A DNA stretch of 64,000 nt from Azolla caroliniana (GCA_043228905.1 JBHGNT010000017.1:8432001-8496000), one strand, 5' to 3'. Shown: positions 36,285 to 50,100, counted from the first letter of the stretch. Notes: generated from the sequence alone by a model not told the origin. Made by a program: numbers and translations.

Positions 36285-36679
36285 GTATGTATTAGTATAA
36301 ATACATCTAGGGCAAATCATTATGTAGTGTGTGTGTGTACATGTTGTTGTCGTTTATGTCACTAGACGAGAGAGAGAGAGAGGAAAAAACGCAAGAGTGG
36401 AGAAGGGAAGAAGAAGCGAATTTGTTTTTATTGTTGCGCTCTCTATCAGTAACGGAATTGAGCACAAAGATAAGCGTTGGAAAGCCCTCGAGTAGAGCTT
36501 CGCAACGAGATATAGCAAGTTGAATTTGGCGATTTATATGAGAAGCAGCGATAGCAATAAGGAATCTTGTGTTGTCGGCATCCACATACTCAAAACTCAT
36601 TGTGGGTCTTCGATTGCTTTCAAAATCTTCGACCTCTTCAATCGGGTGAGTTCTGATTTTCTCTCTTGTTCATGGAAAA

Positions 36680-38095
36680 TTGTTTTTATCCCGGATCGAT
36701 ATAATGATGGACATAAACATGAATTCCTCACAAATTGTGGGGGATATTGATATGGAAACAATCGATCCAAAAAAGAGTAGTGTGATGGTTGAATGTAATC
36801 GTGAAAGGGAAGACATTGGAAGCTCTAAGAGGTTTAAGGGAATTGAAGAAATTAATGAGAAAAAATTAACATATGCCGAAATAATACATGTAGATGAAGT
36901 TGACAAGGATCATTGTAATTGGGATAATTTATGGGGAATTGCCAATACCTTATTGTCGGATATTGTGGAAGAAAATGAAAATGCAGCGAAAGAATGCATT
37001 GAAGAGGATGTGCATGATGTGGAAGTTGATGCTAAGGCAGTTTTGCAATCATTTGATGTATTCTATGATCATGTTATATTATTTTTTACCGGCAAACTCC
37101 CATATGTTAATTGGATTAAACAATGGTTGAACACAATCGTGTCACCAAATTGTGTTGAAAATATATATGCGGGACCACGAGGGTTTTATGATGTAGTATT
37201 TTGTTCACCGAAGCATCGAAGTGCATTGTTGGGTAAAGTTCCTGTGTTTTTTGATAAACGATTGGTGCATGTTATGCAATGGTCCCCCGTAGTGGACTAT
37301 CATGCTTTGTTAAAACAAGAATGTCCTGTTTGGGTTACAGTGGATTGTAAGCATGCTTTTTTATGGCCACTTTTACCAGAGTTGATGAGTCAAATGGTAT
37401 CTCCACATGCAAATGCTACAAATAAGTGCAGATTTTGTGTGTTATGGGATACAAGTCACAAGAGGCCAGGATGGGTGCGTATGAATGCTCCTAGTATGAG
37501 AAGTCTTTGTTTTAAATTGAAGTGGGAGACATTTGCAAGTCATTGTTTTGGATGTGGTAAATGGGGTCACTTTATGGCGGAATGCCACGGTCATTGTCCT
37601 TCAACTACAAAGGTTCCTATTGAAGGGAACGATAAGGAAGGAGTTGGGAGAGATGTTGGTGTGTCAGATTTTGTGGATGAAGGAACATCACCTAGAGCAG
37701 GTTATAAAGAGGTCTCACTTCAAGGTTTGGGCCCTAAGAATAAGGGAATTGAATCTATGGATATGGAAAAACAAAGTTTAGTGGTTAAAGATAAGGGGAA
37801 AAAACCGTTGGATAGAGCTAGTAGTGATGTTGTTGATAAAGATTGGCATGAGGTTAAGGGCAAGTCGAAAGGGAAATCAATGAATATGCAGCATAGTAGC
37901 TTGCCCACTACTCGTGTGACTACTTGGCAAGGTAATTCAGGAACTAGGGAGGGCCCTCGAAAAGTTCCTTGGCAACGACAATCTAGGGATAAGGGATTAC
38001 CCCTTCACCTTCAATTTGATTCATTGGGACGAGTTGTAAATTCATCGAATTCTCGAGGTTTTCGTCAAGCAAGAGGACCTAAAAAAAGATTTTGA
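36680..38095 (+). CDS. LINE ORF1 protein (DUF4283-like region and CCHC knuckle)
   Basis: 471-aa ORF with GFYDVVF, PVWV and CFGCGKWGHFMAEC. The real start is probably an ATG at or after 36704. Confidence 0.85.
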   Translation: MFLSRIDIMMDINMNSSQIVGDIDMETIDPKKSSVMVECNREREDIGSSKRFKGIEEINEKKLTYAEIIHVDEVDKDHCNWDNLWGIANTLLSDIVEENENAAKECIEEDVHDVEVDAKAVLQSFDVFYDHVILFFTGKLPYVNWIKQWLNTIVSPNCVENIYAGPRGFYDVVFCSPKHRSALLGKVPVFFDKRLVHVMQWSPVVDYHALLKQECPVWVTVDCKHAFLWPLLPELMSQMVSPHANATNKCRFCVLWDTSHKRPGWVRMNAPSMRSLCFKLKWETFASHCFGCGKWGHFMAECHGHCPSTTKVPIEGNDKEGVGRDVGVSDFVDEGTSPRAGYKEVSLQGLGPKNKGIESMDMEKQSLVVKDKGKKPLDRASSDVVDKDWHEVKGKSKGKSMNMQHSSLPTTRVTTWQGNSGTREGPRKVPWQRQSRDKGLPLHLQFDSLGRVVNSSNSRGFRQARGPKKRF

Positions 38096-38215
38096 TAGAC
38101 AACCCTAAGGATGTGGTGCATGAAAATCCATATGCAGCATTGGAGCATGCTTTGACTAGTTTCATGACATCAGTTGCTCTAAAGGAGCAAGTGCTCCCAT
38201 AACATTGTTGATTGA

Positions 38216-41200
38216 ATGAAAGTGGTAACATGGAATGTGAGAGGGGCATGTTCTCCTCATAAGAAGTATATACTATGGGAAACTTTGTTAAGTAGAGAAT
38301 GGGATGTAGTATGTGCAGTTGAGCATAAGTGTCATGAGTTAGCAGGATCCACAGTGCATTAGTGTGGATATTCATCATTTTATGCAGGACATCTTAATAA
38401 TCATTATTCAGGTGTGGTATTAATCGTGAGGGATAAGTATTATCCTCAAGTGGTGCATAATGATCCTTATGGTCGGTTTTTTGTTCTAGAAATCACTTTT
38501 TTTGGCGAGGTTGTGTGGGTGGTTGGGATTTATGCCCCTAACCAAGCCACTCAACGTATTGCATTATGGGGTTCACTCCTTCAAACCCTATCTATTGGAC
38601 GTCTAGGATTACTTATGGGCGATTTTAACATGTGTGTTGATGCATTTCAATCCAAGTCTGGACATTCAATCATGGATGATCTTGAGCAACTTGCTTGGGA
38701 CTCATTGGCTATGGAGGTTCTAAAGTTGGATGTTTGGACATGGTTGCAAGGGAATGATCCAAGTTTTACCTTCCAATCTGCTCAACATAGACAAACATGG
38801 AGTCGGTTAGATAGAATGTATGTGATGCATGATGATTCTTTTTTACCGACATCACTTCGTATGAACGTTCTACAAGATGTTGGAATTTCATATCACTTTC
38901 CTATTTGCTTGGAGGTGTGTAATCATGCAATTGACATGTATAAATCTTTACTTGGAAAGCCTCCACTACGCTTTAACTCTTCTCTTTTGCTTCAACCTCA
39001 CTTTGATTCTCTCATGGAGCAAATTTTGGTAAATTTTTCTCAACAAGTGAATCTTAAAGGAGTTAAAGCATGGGATGTCACATTACGAAACATTAACATC
39101 ATTAATCGTATGTATGGAGTAACCAATGCTCAACGAAGAAGAGGTCTTATTCGATAATTCTCACAAGTTCTCTCTAGGTGTAATGCATTATTGATACATA
39201 CACCATTAGATGAGGAGCTTTTGGATATTCAGAGTCAATTGCATGTTATTATTTCTCAGTTGCAATGCCAAAGTTATCGTTATGCTAAGATGCGACAACT
39301 TAAGGAAGGACTCATTGATAATCAATGTCAATCTCATTTGTTTTTCCAAGCATTACATCCTACTTATGATCAATCTAATGTGGTACATGTGAAGCAAGGG
39401 GATGAATTGATAGTGGATCCTACAACAATAATTGACATATGTCTTCATTACTTTAAGGAGTTGATTGGTCCACAATTGTTAATGACAGATGAGGTGAGTA
39501 GAGCACGTCATGAGTTTTATGATGTGGTTGGATGTATTGTGCATGATTTCATTAGTCATGAATTGGATGCGGATTTCACTGAGGATGAGGTGGATGTAGT
39601 TTTAAGGCACCTTCCTAGTGGTAAGAACCCTAGTTGGGATGGCTTGACAAATGAAGTTTTTAAGAGATATTCCAACATTTTAAAGGGGCCCTTGACTTTG
39701 ATGTTTCAACAGTCTTGGGATTCTGGTTGTATGCCTCAAGCTTGGAAGATTGGTCTAATTAAACTAGTTCCAAAGGTGGCATCTCCTGAGTCATTTCATC
39801 AATGGAGACCTATTTCTTTGATGGGGGGGTTGTACAAGATATTTACGAAGGTCTTGGCAAATAGATTACAAAAGTATTTGCCAAAGTTGATACACCCCAC
39901 CCAATATGGTTTTATTGCAGGTAGAAATATATTGCATAACGTGTTGAATGTTCAAATGGCCATGGATTATGCTCAGAACACCCATCAAGAATTGACTATG
40001 GTGCAATTAGATTTGGAGAAAGCTTATGATCATGTTAATTGGTCTTTTGTTTCTAGGTTAATGCATACAATGGGCTTTGGACCTCGTATGTCTCGCCACA
40101 TATTTTTATTAGGACAAGATGCAGTGTCTCGAGTAATGCTTAATGGGGGAGTTACATCAAATATTGCCCTCACAAGATCCGTTCGTCAAGGATGCCCTCT
40201 TAGCCCATTGTTGTTTGCTATTGTTACTCATCCTTTGTTAGTGATGCTATCAAGACTTGCAATAAATGGTGACATTGTGGGTTTACACCTTCCGTCCGGA
40301 GGGCAAATAGTAGCACAAGCTTTGGCGGATGATTCTTTCATGTTTTTACAAGCCTCACGGGAGAATCTTGAGAAGGGGATGCTTCTATGGAATCAGTTTG
40401 CATTGGTTTCCGGATTACATATTAATTGGAGGAAGTCTAGTCTCATATCATGCACTGAAATGGATTTGGAATGTTTAGGATGGCAAGGATCCGTGGTGAA
40501 GAAAGGCTCTATTTTTCAACACTTGGGCTATCCATTAGGAATGAATGTTACAAATGGTCAATTGATTGAATGGATGTCTAGTAAGTTGAGAGATAAGTTC
40601 ATGTATTAGAAGTCACAATCTTGGCCATTTCATGTTCGCTTGAAGGTTGTACAATGTATTATGGAACCCATGATATTATATTACTTGTCATTATTTCCAT
40701 GGACAAAGAAGGCGTTGAATTATGTTTTGCAACCTCTTCAATATTTGTTGTGGAAGAAGAGGGATAAGATGGGAATCACATGGATTGCTTGGAATCATCT
40801 AGCAACCCTTAAGCGATTGGGGGGGGTTGGAATATTGAACTTATCTATGCATATGATGGCTCGTAGATTTTCATTATTACAAGACATGTGTTCAAACTCA
40901 CAACCATGGATATCTATTGTTCGATATTTCATTGAGAACAAGGGTTTAACACATGGGAGGACAACGATTAAGGCTTCATGGTGGCAATTACTGAATGGAT
41001 GTATTTCACTTAGGATTCCGGGTTCTTCATGTGTTCAACACTTAGTTACCTCATGGCAAGAAGCACTCTTGTTATGTGTATGGAAACCATCATCTGGTAG
41101 AGAGCATTGTAACTCTTTGCAAAAAGAGTTACTTGTGTCTTCTCGGTTATTATGTTGGCCAGGAAAGGAGAGATTGCGTTCTCAATTTAATCGTTTGTTT

Positions 41201-42049
41201 CGTTTGGGGGTCAAAGAGGTGGGAGATATAGTTGAGGTTCCATCTCAAAGAATTTTGGAGTTTACTGAAGCACGACAATTATTACACATCCCGCCTAATT
41301 ATGGGTTTATTTGGCCACAACTACAGAATATTGCATTGATGCAAGGTCCCTTACCTCTACAAACAAGCGAACAACCATGGATTGATTGGAGTTTAAGGGG
41401 TCAAACACCATTGTTACAAGTGACTACTAATCTTTTGTATCATTGTTCCATTGAGTCTCTTGGATGGTTATCATCTAAGGCTGAAGAAGAATGGAAAATA
41501 CACAAATCTAATCATGGGTGGTGGCAAATCTTACAACGTAGTTGGCATTCTAAATTGCCACTTGTTGCAAAGGTATTCATTTGGAGAGTTTTGATCAAAG
41601 GATTGCCTTTGGGATTAGCTTTAAAGCGTCGCGGACTAGCAACGGGTACTTGCTTCTTTTGCACAATTCAGATAGAAGATAGTACTCATCTATTTATACA
41701 ATGTCCAATTGCTTGTCAAATTTGGAGTTACATTTCTCAAATTTGGCAAGTTTTATCACGGAGTTATTTGACACCTAGACAATGGGTGTTTGCACAATTT
41801 ACACGGGCTGACCCAAAATCAGAGATGGAGATTGTTTTCCTATTTCTGAGATATTGGGGATTGCGTCATAATTGGAACATGCGCAACGCTTTTGTATTCG
41901 ATGGTAGACATGGAGTGAAAGCATATCTACGAAAGTTGAAGGGAGTACTAATGTGGCAATTTTCTTTATTGGAACAAATGGAAATTCTTTCCTCAGTGGA
42001 GTTTTCGTCTTGCCTATTGGCAATTCAACATGTTCCACTACCCATGTAG
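38216..42049 (+). pseudogene. LINE ORF2 (APE endonuclease-RT-zf-RVT), with three premature stops and no frameshift
   Basis: MKVVTWNVRG, MGDFN, SRLDR, WRPISL, LDLEKAYD, RQGCPLSP, ALADD and CFFC..HLFIQC. Stops at 38360, 39155 and 40607 lie in one frame. Confidence 0.93.
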
Positions 42050-42144
42050 TGTAGTGTGGTTAGTGTGTGACCATACTCCATTGTGACACGTATTGTAAGC
42101 AGTGTTTTTCACACACATTTATTAATATAATTGTGTGTTTTCAC

Positions 42145-42180
<36 letters not shown>

Positions 42181-42220
42181 ACTCTATAACCGTGTGTACA
42201 CGAAGAAGAGCTCTAGGTTG

Positions 42221-43030
42221 TTGCCTCAGAGTCTCTTATTATATTCCTCTCGATATAATTATTTTTTTTGGAGTTTTTGGACTCCCGTGTTTTTTCCCTT
42301 TTAGGGTTTTCCACGTTAAATATTGTGTCTCGGTGATTTGTGTATTCTCTCTATTTTTGTTGTTGTCATTCAATTTCTTGCTATTCTCTCGTTGTTGTTT
42401 GAGAATCGGTCGGTTGTGGCCGACTCCACATATACATATCAAGCAATACCATGTGTAGAGGTAGAAATGAGTGATGGTGGATATAAACAAAAACAATGGA
42501 GGGAAAGGAGGAGCAAGGATCAAACAAGAATACTAGTAACATGAGGATATAACAAACGTTTCCTTAGTGATTGATCATGCATAATGGGGCATTCAATCAA
42601 CCTAAGATTTTGTTATATTATTAATAAACTTAACATTACTATTTATGGTACATTTATTTATGCCCTAATTTGATATCACATTTAGATAACGACCATATTT
42701 GAGGCCAAATAACATATAGTTTTTTAACATTTAATAAGATATATGAAGGACACGACTAATTGTTATTATTCCCATGCTTCCCCCTCAACAGAATTATTCC
42801 ACTTAAAATTCATCATTCTTCGTGTGTTCAACACTTGGTTGTCTCATGGCATGAAGTGCTCTCCTTATTTGTATGGGCACCATCATCTAGTAGAGAGCAT
42901 TATAATCCGTTGCAAAAATAATCACTTATGCCTTCTCAATCATTATGTTTGCTGGGAAAGGAAATATTGTGCTAGACCTGTTTAATCACTTCTTTCATTT
43001 AGGGATAAAAGAGGTGGGAGACATAGTTGA
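42221..43030 (+). repeat. Right copy of the ~820-bp direct duplication
   Basis: See 22643-23469. Confidence 0.95.
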
Positions 43031-43925
43031 GGATCGATGTCAAAGAATTTTAGAGTTTGTTGACACGCGATGATTATTAAGCATCCCATCGAATTATGGT
43101 TTTCATGGCAACATTAACTACAAAATATTACATTAATGCAAGGTCCTTTGCATACATATACAAACCAAAGAGCAACCATGGGTTGATTGGTGTTTATGGG
43201 GAGAAACACCATTTTTACAGGTGACCCCAAATCTCACGAACCATTGCTTCATGGAGTCTTTTCGATTGTTATCATCTAAAGTTGAATAGGAATAGAAGGT
43301 ACATTACGACTTTGATTATGGATTGTAGTAGATCTTGAAATGCAGTGAGCATTCTAATTTGCCACTTCTAACAAAGATATTCATTTAGAGAGAATCAATT
43401 ACGTGATTGCCTTTAAATTTAGCTCTAAAGCAATGCAAACTAGCAACATGCAATCACTTCTCTTGTATTTTCTAAGTGGGAGACAATATCTATCGTTTCA
43501 AACAATGTTTGATTGCTCTTTGAAGTTGGGGTTACATTTCTTGAATTTTTGAGGTATGGGGGGTTGCACCATAATCGGGGATATGCGCAAGTTTTTTTGT
43601 ATTCGATGGTAGGCAATGGAGATAGAACATATCTTACAGAAGTTAAAAGGGGTTGTTGATGTGTCTGTTGTGTTTGCTAGAGCAGAGTCGAAATTCTTTC
43701 GTCAATGGAGTGTTGTTCATTGTATTGCTTATGGGTTGGTGATCGATTCAACATGTCTCTACTACTACTACTACTACTGCCATTGCTACAGCCACTACTG
43801 CTATTGCTATCACTACTCTCGGCCCCTATCCAACTTTAGCTAGCTTTGGATGGCTGACTCCATTGACTTGTGGTACCCATTCATTGATTGATCCATTGTA
43901 GTAGAGTAGTGTGTTAACACATACG

Positions 43926-43957
<32 letters not shown>

Positions 43958-44016
43958 GTTAGTACTTAGTACTATAATATATATGTACATATACATATTT
44001 GTGTGTTTTTATGCCC
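42980..44016 (+). mobile_element. Old, 5'-truncated copy of the same LINE family (3' end of ORF2 and 3' UTR)
   Basis: Diverged similarity to 41185-42148 (aaagaggtgggaga.atagttgagg, gcaaggtcc, caaccatgg.ttgattgg, ttgtattcgatggtag). Contains (CTA)n and (TACA)n tracts. Confidence 0.8.
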
Positions 44017-44074
44017 TTCTTCTTCTTCTTCTTCTTCTTCTGCCTCCTCCTCCCATGTGGGCGTTTTCTATCAT

Positions 44075-44095
44075 TTTGAAAATTTGAATCCCGCC
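44075..44095 (+). promoter_or_regulatory. Candidate tandem CHR-like (TTTGAA x2) and E2F/CDE-like (TCCCGCC) cell-cycle element
   Basis: TTTGAA-AA-TTTGAA-TCCCGCC lies ~40-60 bp upstream of the CAP-D3 ATG. Function is inferred. Confidence 0.45.
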
Positions 44096-44133
44096 ATTTC
44101 TCTGCACTCCTTCTGCCTTCTCCTCCATCCGAA

Positions 44134-47100
44134 ATGGTCGGCCATGGAATCCCTAACCCAGACAGACCCCTCCATGGTGATGTCGACCTTCTCTACCTCC
44201 CCGATCATTTCATCCGTCATCTTCATCACCTCTTTGGCAGCGGCAGCATCTCTGACCGAGCTAACACTTCAGCCTCCGCATCCCCTCCTGATGATGCAGA
44301 AACGTGGGAGGATCTATCCAAACAAGGTATGTCTTTGGCTTCGATCGTTCAGGGATTGGTCGTAGCTATGGATAAGGGACGCAAATTAGGGTTCATGGCA
44401 GCAGATATATACCTAGGGTTAATGCTCGCACCAGGATCCCCTTTGTATAGTCTCTTCAGCCAGTTGTCGTTTAATTCTCTGTTAGGATGCATTCGCAATG
44501 GCTGTAAATCATCAGAGCAAAGAATCTCATCATCAGAAAGAGTAGAACAACCAGGAAAACATTTAGGAAAAGGTCGAGGTAGTAAGAGGAAAGGTAAGCA
44601 AATGGAAGAACCGACAGGTTTCGATGGCGACATGGATGCGCCTGATTCTGATCCATCTTCTCAGGATGGAACAGAGTTCTCACAACAAGAAAGTTTCAAC
44701 ATGATTTTGCAGTTGTTGAATAGGTTGAAAAACGCTCTTCTAGTTCTGCATCTTGGAGATCATCAAGAAAGCTTGAGAACCTTACTTGAACTTCTAGTTG
44801 AATTGCCACATATAGTGAGTGACATCGAAATACACAGCAATGATGGAACAAGTGTTTCTAGATCAAAGAAGGCGACCTCCCATCATCATTCTTCATCAGG
44901 TACTCATCACTGTGTTCCTAAGATTTGTTTTGAGATTCTTCATATTTTGCTCGAACCCACCCATGGCTCTCCGATCAATACAATAGTCATGCTTCTGAAA
45001 TTGCTCGCTCCAAGCATCCTTTTCACTCGATCTGGAGGTAACTCTCATCAGCGAGGTCAAATCCGCATGCAAACTTTGAATTTTGTTACTGAATTGTTAA
45101 AAAGTCCTAACCATCAAATACTACGATCTGCTATATCTGCATTACCTCGTTATTTGTCCATGAAAGCTCCAGAGAAGACTGATCCAAGAGCTCTTGCTGT
45201 AGAATCTGTCATGATTATAGTGAAGGTTTTACCCCTTGTAGATCAAAGGAAGTTCAGTCATTTTGTGGCTAAGCTTTCTCGTGGAAAACCTCGGCATCGC
45301 CTCTTTGCTGTTGACCTTTTATTAGCTCTATTAACAGAATTACCAGATCCATTAGGATTAGACAAGGAGACAATTGATCTTAATGAAGACTCTCATATGT
45401 CTAATGAAGTCGTTCTCACGGGAGAGGAAGACATCGAAGGAGAAGGTAATGAAGCAATAGAGTTTGTGGGAAAGGGTAACACAGAGAACAAACCATCATC
45501 AGGAAGCAATAGCATAAGAACTCAAATCTGGTGGGGAATTGCCTGTTTGGAAGCTTTACTTCATCGATGCTCTGATAAGATACCATCAATCAGAGCTCGT
45601 GCACTCCACAATCTGGCTCAGACATTAGAGCTTCTTTCCTCAGATATAAGGAATCGAGCTATCCTCCAGAACTTATTGGGTTTCAGAACCATGTCTTTGG
45701 CACCCAGGGAGACAGCCGAGTTTACTATTCAGAAATATGCGATGCACAATTCTTGGAATACTCCATGTGTAACGAGCCCGAGCTTAGGTGGACAAACACC
45801 TTCACCAGAGCCCAGTATGGTTGGTCCTGGTGCTTCACCCCTCACTCCAGGATCGGGTCAAGGGGATCTTGGTTCATTGTTGAGAAGAAGATGTTTTGAT
45901 GATAAAGTAGCAGTGCGGAAATCGGCCCTGCTATTGATGACGAAATCAGCTTCTCTGCTAGGCAGACCACCTGATGAGGCTATGTTGGAAGCGATGGGAA
46001 GCGCTTGTGCTGATCCAATGTTGAGCATTCGTAAGGCTGCTCTTGCTGCTCTCTCTGAGGTTAGACTCTAATTTTACAATTGGTGTTTGAACAAATTCTA
46101 ATCATCTCATGTAAACTTCAATCATAGGGCTTAGAGCAGAATATTTTGAAAATTACCTTTTTGTATCTACAATACAGATGCTGCGCAAGTTTCCCAGTGA
46201 TGCACATGTAGTGATAGAGTGGTTTCAATCAGCTTTGCCATTGGTTATGGACAATGAGTCTAGCATCCAAGAAGAATGCCTAAATCATTTTGAAGAGCTT
46301 GTTATTGATCGCATTACAACCGCTGCGTCTTTAAGGCTTCCAGGATGTAGCACTGCAAAGTTGTCATTTGTAAGTGGAGGGCACCTCATGCCAGAACAGG
46401 AGCTGGAAAGGCTTTTACCTCCTGGAATTTTGGTAGCTTTGAAAGCAATGGCTGATGACAGTGCCGTTGCATCTTGCACCAAGCGTGCTTGTACAAGTCT
46501 AGGAAAGAGGAAACGGCTTAGGGCTGGCATCACGTTGGCACTTCAAAATATCATTGCAGCATCGAAAGCATTGTGGTTTTCTTATCACGAAGAAGGCATC
46601 TCATCTCAAGAGTATTGGACTGCTCCGCCTGGTGCATGGTTGCTTCTTGCAGAAGTTTCTGCGTTTATTCCCAAAGCGGTCGGTTGGGAATTCTTGCGAA
46701 CCCATTGGCAGCTCCTAGATAAGCACAAGAGCACTTCAATGACTCCCAAGACTCCCAAAACAGCTCCTCAGAACAAAAGTGTAGTTCATTTTGCTGATTG
46801 GGCTGTTGCACGAGTTCATCTTTTACAAACCATCTCGAATGTTGCTGTTGAGCTACCCCCTGATGCAGCCGCTGATCTTGCAACTGAGTTACTTGAGTGT
46901 TTAGAGAGATTCGACATGGAACCAATGGAGGTATGCTACATCATCTGTTTGGGTTCCTAATCAGGGTTCCATCATGTTGATGAATGATGATAACTAAAGT
47001 ATCTCCATTGTAATGAGATTGTAAGGAGAAGATCACACAGTGCCTTCAAGTATCATAAAGGTGGCTCTGTTCCCATACAGTGTTACTTTTATATAAGTTG

Positions 47101-50100
47101 GTAGATTTTTTATGTGAGCAATCCTGAGCTCTACATTTGCTATGTTTTCACAAATATATTTTATCACCTTAGAACACCACCGTATGCCCTTACAAAGGTT
47201 TCTTAATGCATTAATAGACTGATGACCATTCATAACAGTCATTCTTGATGGTTTGCATTATATCTGTGTAGGTTGGAGCTCATGTAAAAGCTCTTCATGT
47301 TCTTTGTGTTCGGAAGGCGACTTCTGAAGAAGAAGGTGATCGGCTTGTAAGCACCTGGGTTGAAGAACTTCTGGAACAAGCTAGCATGGTCATAGAGTCT
47401 TATGTTTCTTTGATAAATAATTCCTCTGTTTCGCAAAGCAAGGATCCCTATGAGACCCCTAAATCAGATAGAATCAGGAAAAAAGATGTTCAAAATATCG
47501 AGGAAAAAAAGGCTTCAGCAAAAGCTTCTAATTCAGCTTCCCAGATTATCCCTGCCATTTTCACAATCGGGGCTCTGGTGCTGATATGCCCCAAAACAAA
47601 GATTGGCGGTCTGGCAACAATTGTGCAAGCATTAATTACATCTACTAACAAACCCTTGAATTGTGAGGTAGCTCTTTTGAAAGAGGAAATTAATGATGGT
47701 GTTCATGCCCAAGCATGGGTCACCTTGGGCAAGATGTGTTTAGCAAATCATGAGCTTGCAAAGAGTTGTGTCCCACTTTTCTTACAGGTATTTTTTCCTT
47801 AACTACCATGCCCCGCAATTAACCAATTTGTGCTATTTTACCATTCTCCATTTTAGAGAAATAGAAGTCTTATTAATGTTTCGGAAATCTCAAACTTTTG
47901 AAAAGGCATCTAGTTTACCCTTCTGGTGCTATGAGCTGTGTAAAGCATTTGTGTTGTTTCCTGGCATCTCATGGATTATATATGCCTGCAGCAACGGAAT
48001 CACCTTCGAAAGCAGTACAATATGGATAAAGTCACAGAAATTGGTGTTATGCATCATGACAAAGCTTAATAAGTTTAGTAAATTTTTCAATAGGATGCTT
48101 CCCAATTTGTTGCAAAAATATAGCCAGATTCCAAGCTAAGTAGGATGTGATTGATTCATTATCGGTTACTTCTTATATTATTCAGACCATGAAACTCTAG
48201 CATATACTGTGTCCTGTTCTTTTATCTGAAAATATTTGAATCTGTTGATTTAAAATTGAATTCATAATTGTCAAACTTGTGTTTCACATCCATTTTTATC
48301 TTCTTCTACATTTTTTGCAGTTCTTTAAACCTTCTTAGAGTGCTTTGTGTTGATTAGAAATTAAATTTCAACCTTCTCTTTGTTGTAATAGGAGCTTGAA
48401 AAAAGTAAATCTGCACCTGTGCGAAACAATATCATGATCGCAATGACAGATTTTGTTGTACGATATACGTCACTTATTGATGGGTAAGGCTCAGTTGTAC
48501 AAAAAACAATTGGCGTATAATTTTGCAGCTCAATAACTGTAAGGTCACATTTCTGATTTACTGAAGTTTCTTCATCTCTAGGTATATTCACAAGCTGACA
48601 AACTCTTTGCAAGACTCCTGTGAGATTGTGAGAAGGCAAGGATTTGTGTTGCTAGCTCAATTGCTACAGGTTTGCTCTTCATGTGGTCATTAATTACTTG
48701 GAACTTGGAACTTGGAACTTGGGTTTGTATTTTCCCGCATGGAATCTAATGCTGGTAGCTAAAATGCAGAGAGATTATCTGAAGTGGAGGGGAACATTGT
48801 TCCACCGCTTCCTCTTAGCATTGGTCGATGAGTCAGAGAAAATCCGTCAACTTGCTGACTTCCTTTTTGGCTCTATTCTGAAAAGTATTGATGATTTTAT
48901 TACTGGTTCCCTTCTCACTCAGGATGGTTTTCATGATCACTAATTTGATGGCTTATTTTTCCTCAGCCAAAGCACCATTGCTGGCATATAACAGTTTTGT
49001 TGAGACAATTTTTGTTCTGAATGATTGTCATGCCCATGCCAGCCACATCGAAATGCTACATACACCAGAAAGTGAACGCAAAATGTTCTCTTTGAGGTAT
49101 TTTCTTCAAGGATTTTGGGTATATCAGCTTCTGTATGTCTACGCTTGCTTGAAATGTATGGATTGCAGGGGGAAATCTGATACAGTAATTAAGAAACGGA
49201 TGCATATCTACGAATGTTTGCTCAAGCAAATGGCACCTGAGCACATCCTTGCCACATCAGCAAAACTTTGTGCTGATATTCTTGCAGCTGCAGCTGATGG
49301 AATCCTTGATCTTAATGACTCTACTGTCCAGTGTGTTCTAGAGGTACCATTTTTTGCGATGATGAAGTCTTGAGAATATGTTGTGAAATTCATGTGGAAC
49401 ATTATTCTTTATAGGATTCACTAAGAATCCTTGCGTCGAAAGAAATGCGCATTGGGGGAAACAAAGGGGCTGTGGCAAATTCTGAGCCTCTCGATGGTGA
49501 GGAAGATGGAGCTGCTGCATTCGTTGCAGCAAAGGGCCGTGTTGTGACACAGCTTGCTAAAAGAAATCTTGTTCAGAATGCCATTCCTATCTTCATTGAG
49601 CTAAAGAGGTAAATAAATTTGCATGAATTATGCCACCTGCTATTATCACGTGTTACTCTCTTCTTCATATATAAAACTAAGAAGTTAGCTCTGCTCTCTT
49701 CATGATTATTTTGTAGATTGCTGGAAAGTAGAAACAGCCCATTAACAGGAATGCTCATGGAATGCATGCGAGTGATGCTAAAGGAGTACAAGAATGAAAT
49801 CGAAGAAATACTAGTTGCAGACAAGCAACTCCAGAAGGAGATTATGTATGACATGCAGAAGCATGAGGCTGCCAAAGCAAAGGCCAAAGTGGTGGCTGCG
49901 GCTACAGGAGTGGTATCGCCAAGATCTGTGACATTGCAGCCAAGGAGTGAGAACATAATCGATCCATCAAGCTTGCAAAAGAAGACTCCAGCTGCAGATA
50001 AAGGAAAACAAGTGGACCCTGAAGGCAAAGAGAATGCATCATCATCATCTTTGAGAGGCAAGAGTGTAACCTTACAAGAGGGTGGCTCGCACCGAGGTTC

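Larger units (their letters stand above)
36383..42148 (+). mobile_element. Full-length L1/Tx1-like LINE flanked by (GA)n on both sides
   Basis: 5' UTR, ORF1, ORF2 and a short 3' UTR ending caccaaa directly on (GA)n. (GA)n is also present at 36368-36382. Confidence 0.9.
35776..42430. mobile_element. Inverted LTR-H family LTR hosting the MITE and the LINE (pieces ~35776-35840, 36293-36382, 42149-42430)
   Basis: Reverse-complement LTR-H motifs (atttgtaaatagc, gtataaata..tagggca, ttgcctc, agggttttccac), ending ccaca. Confidence 0.75.
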
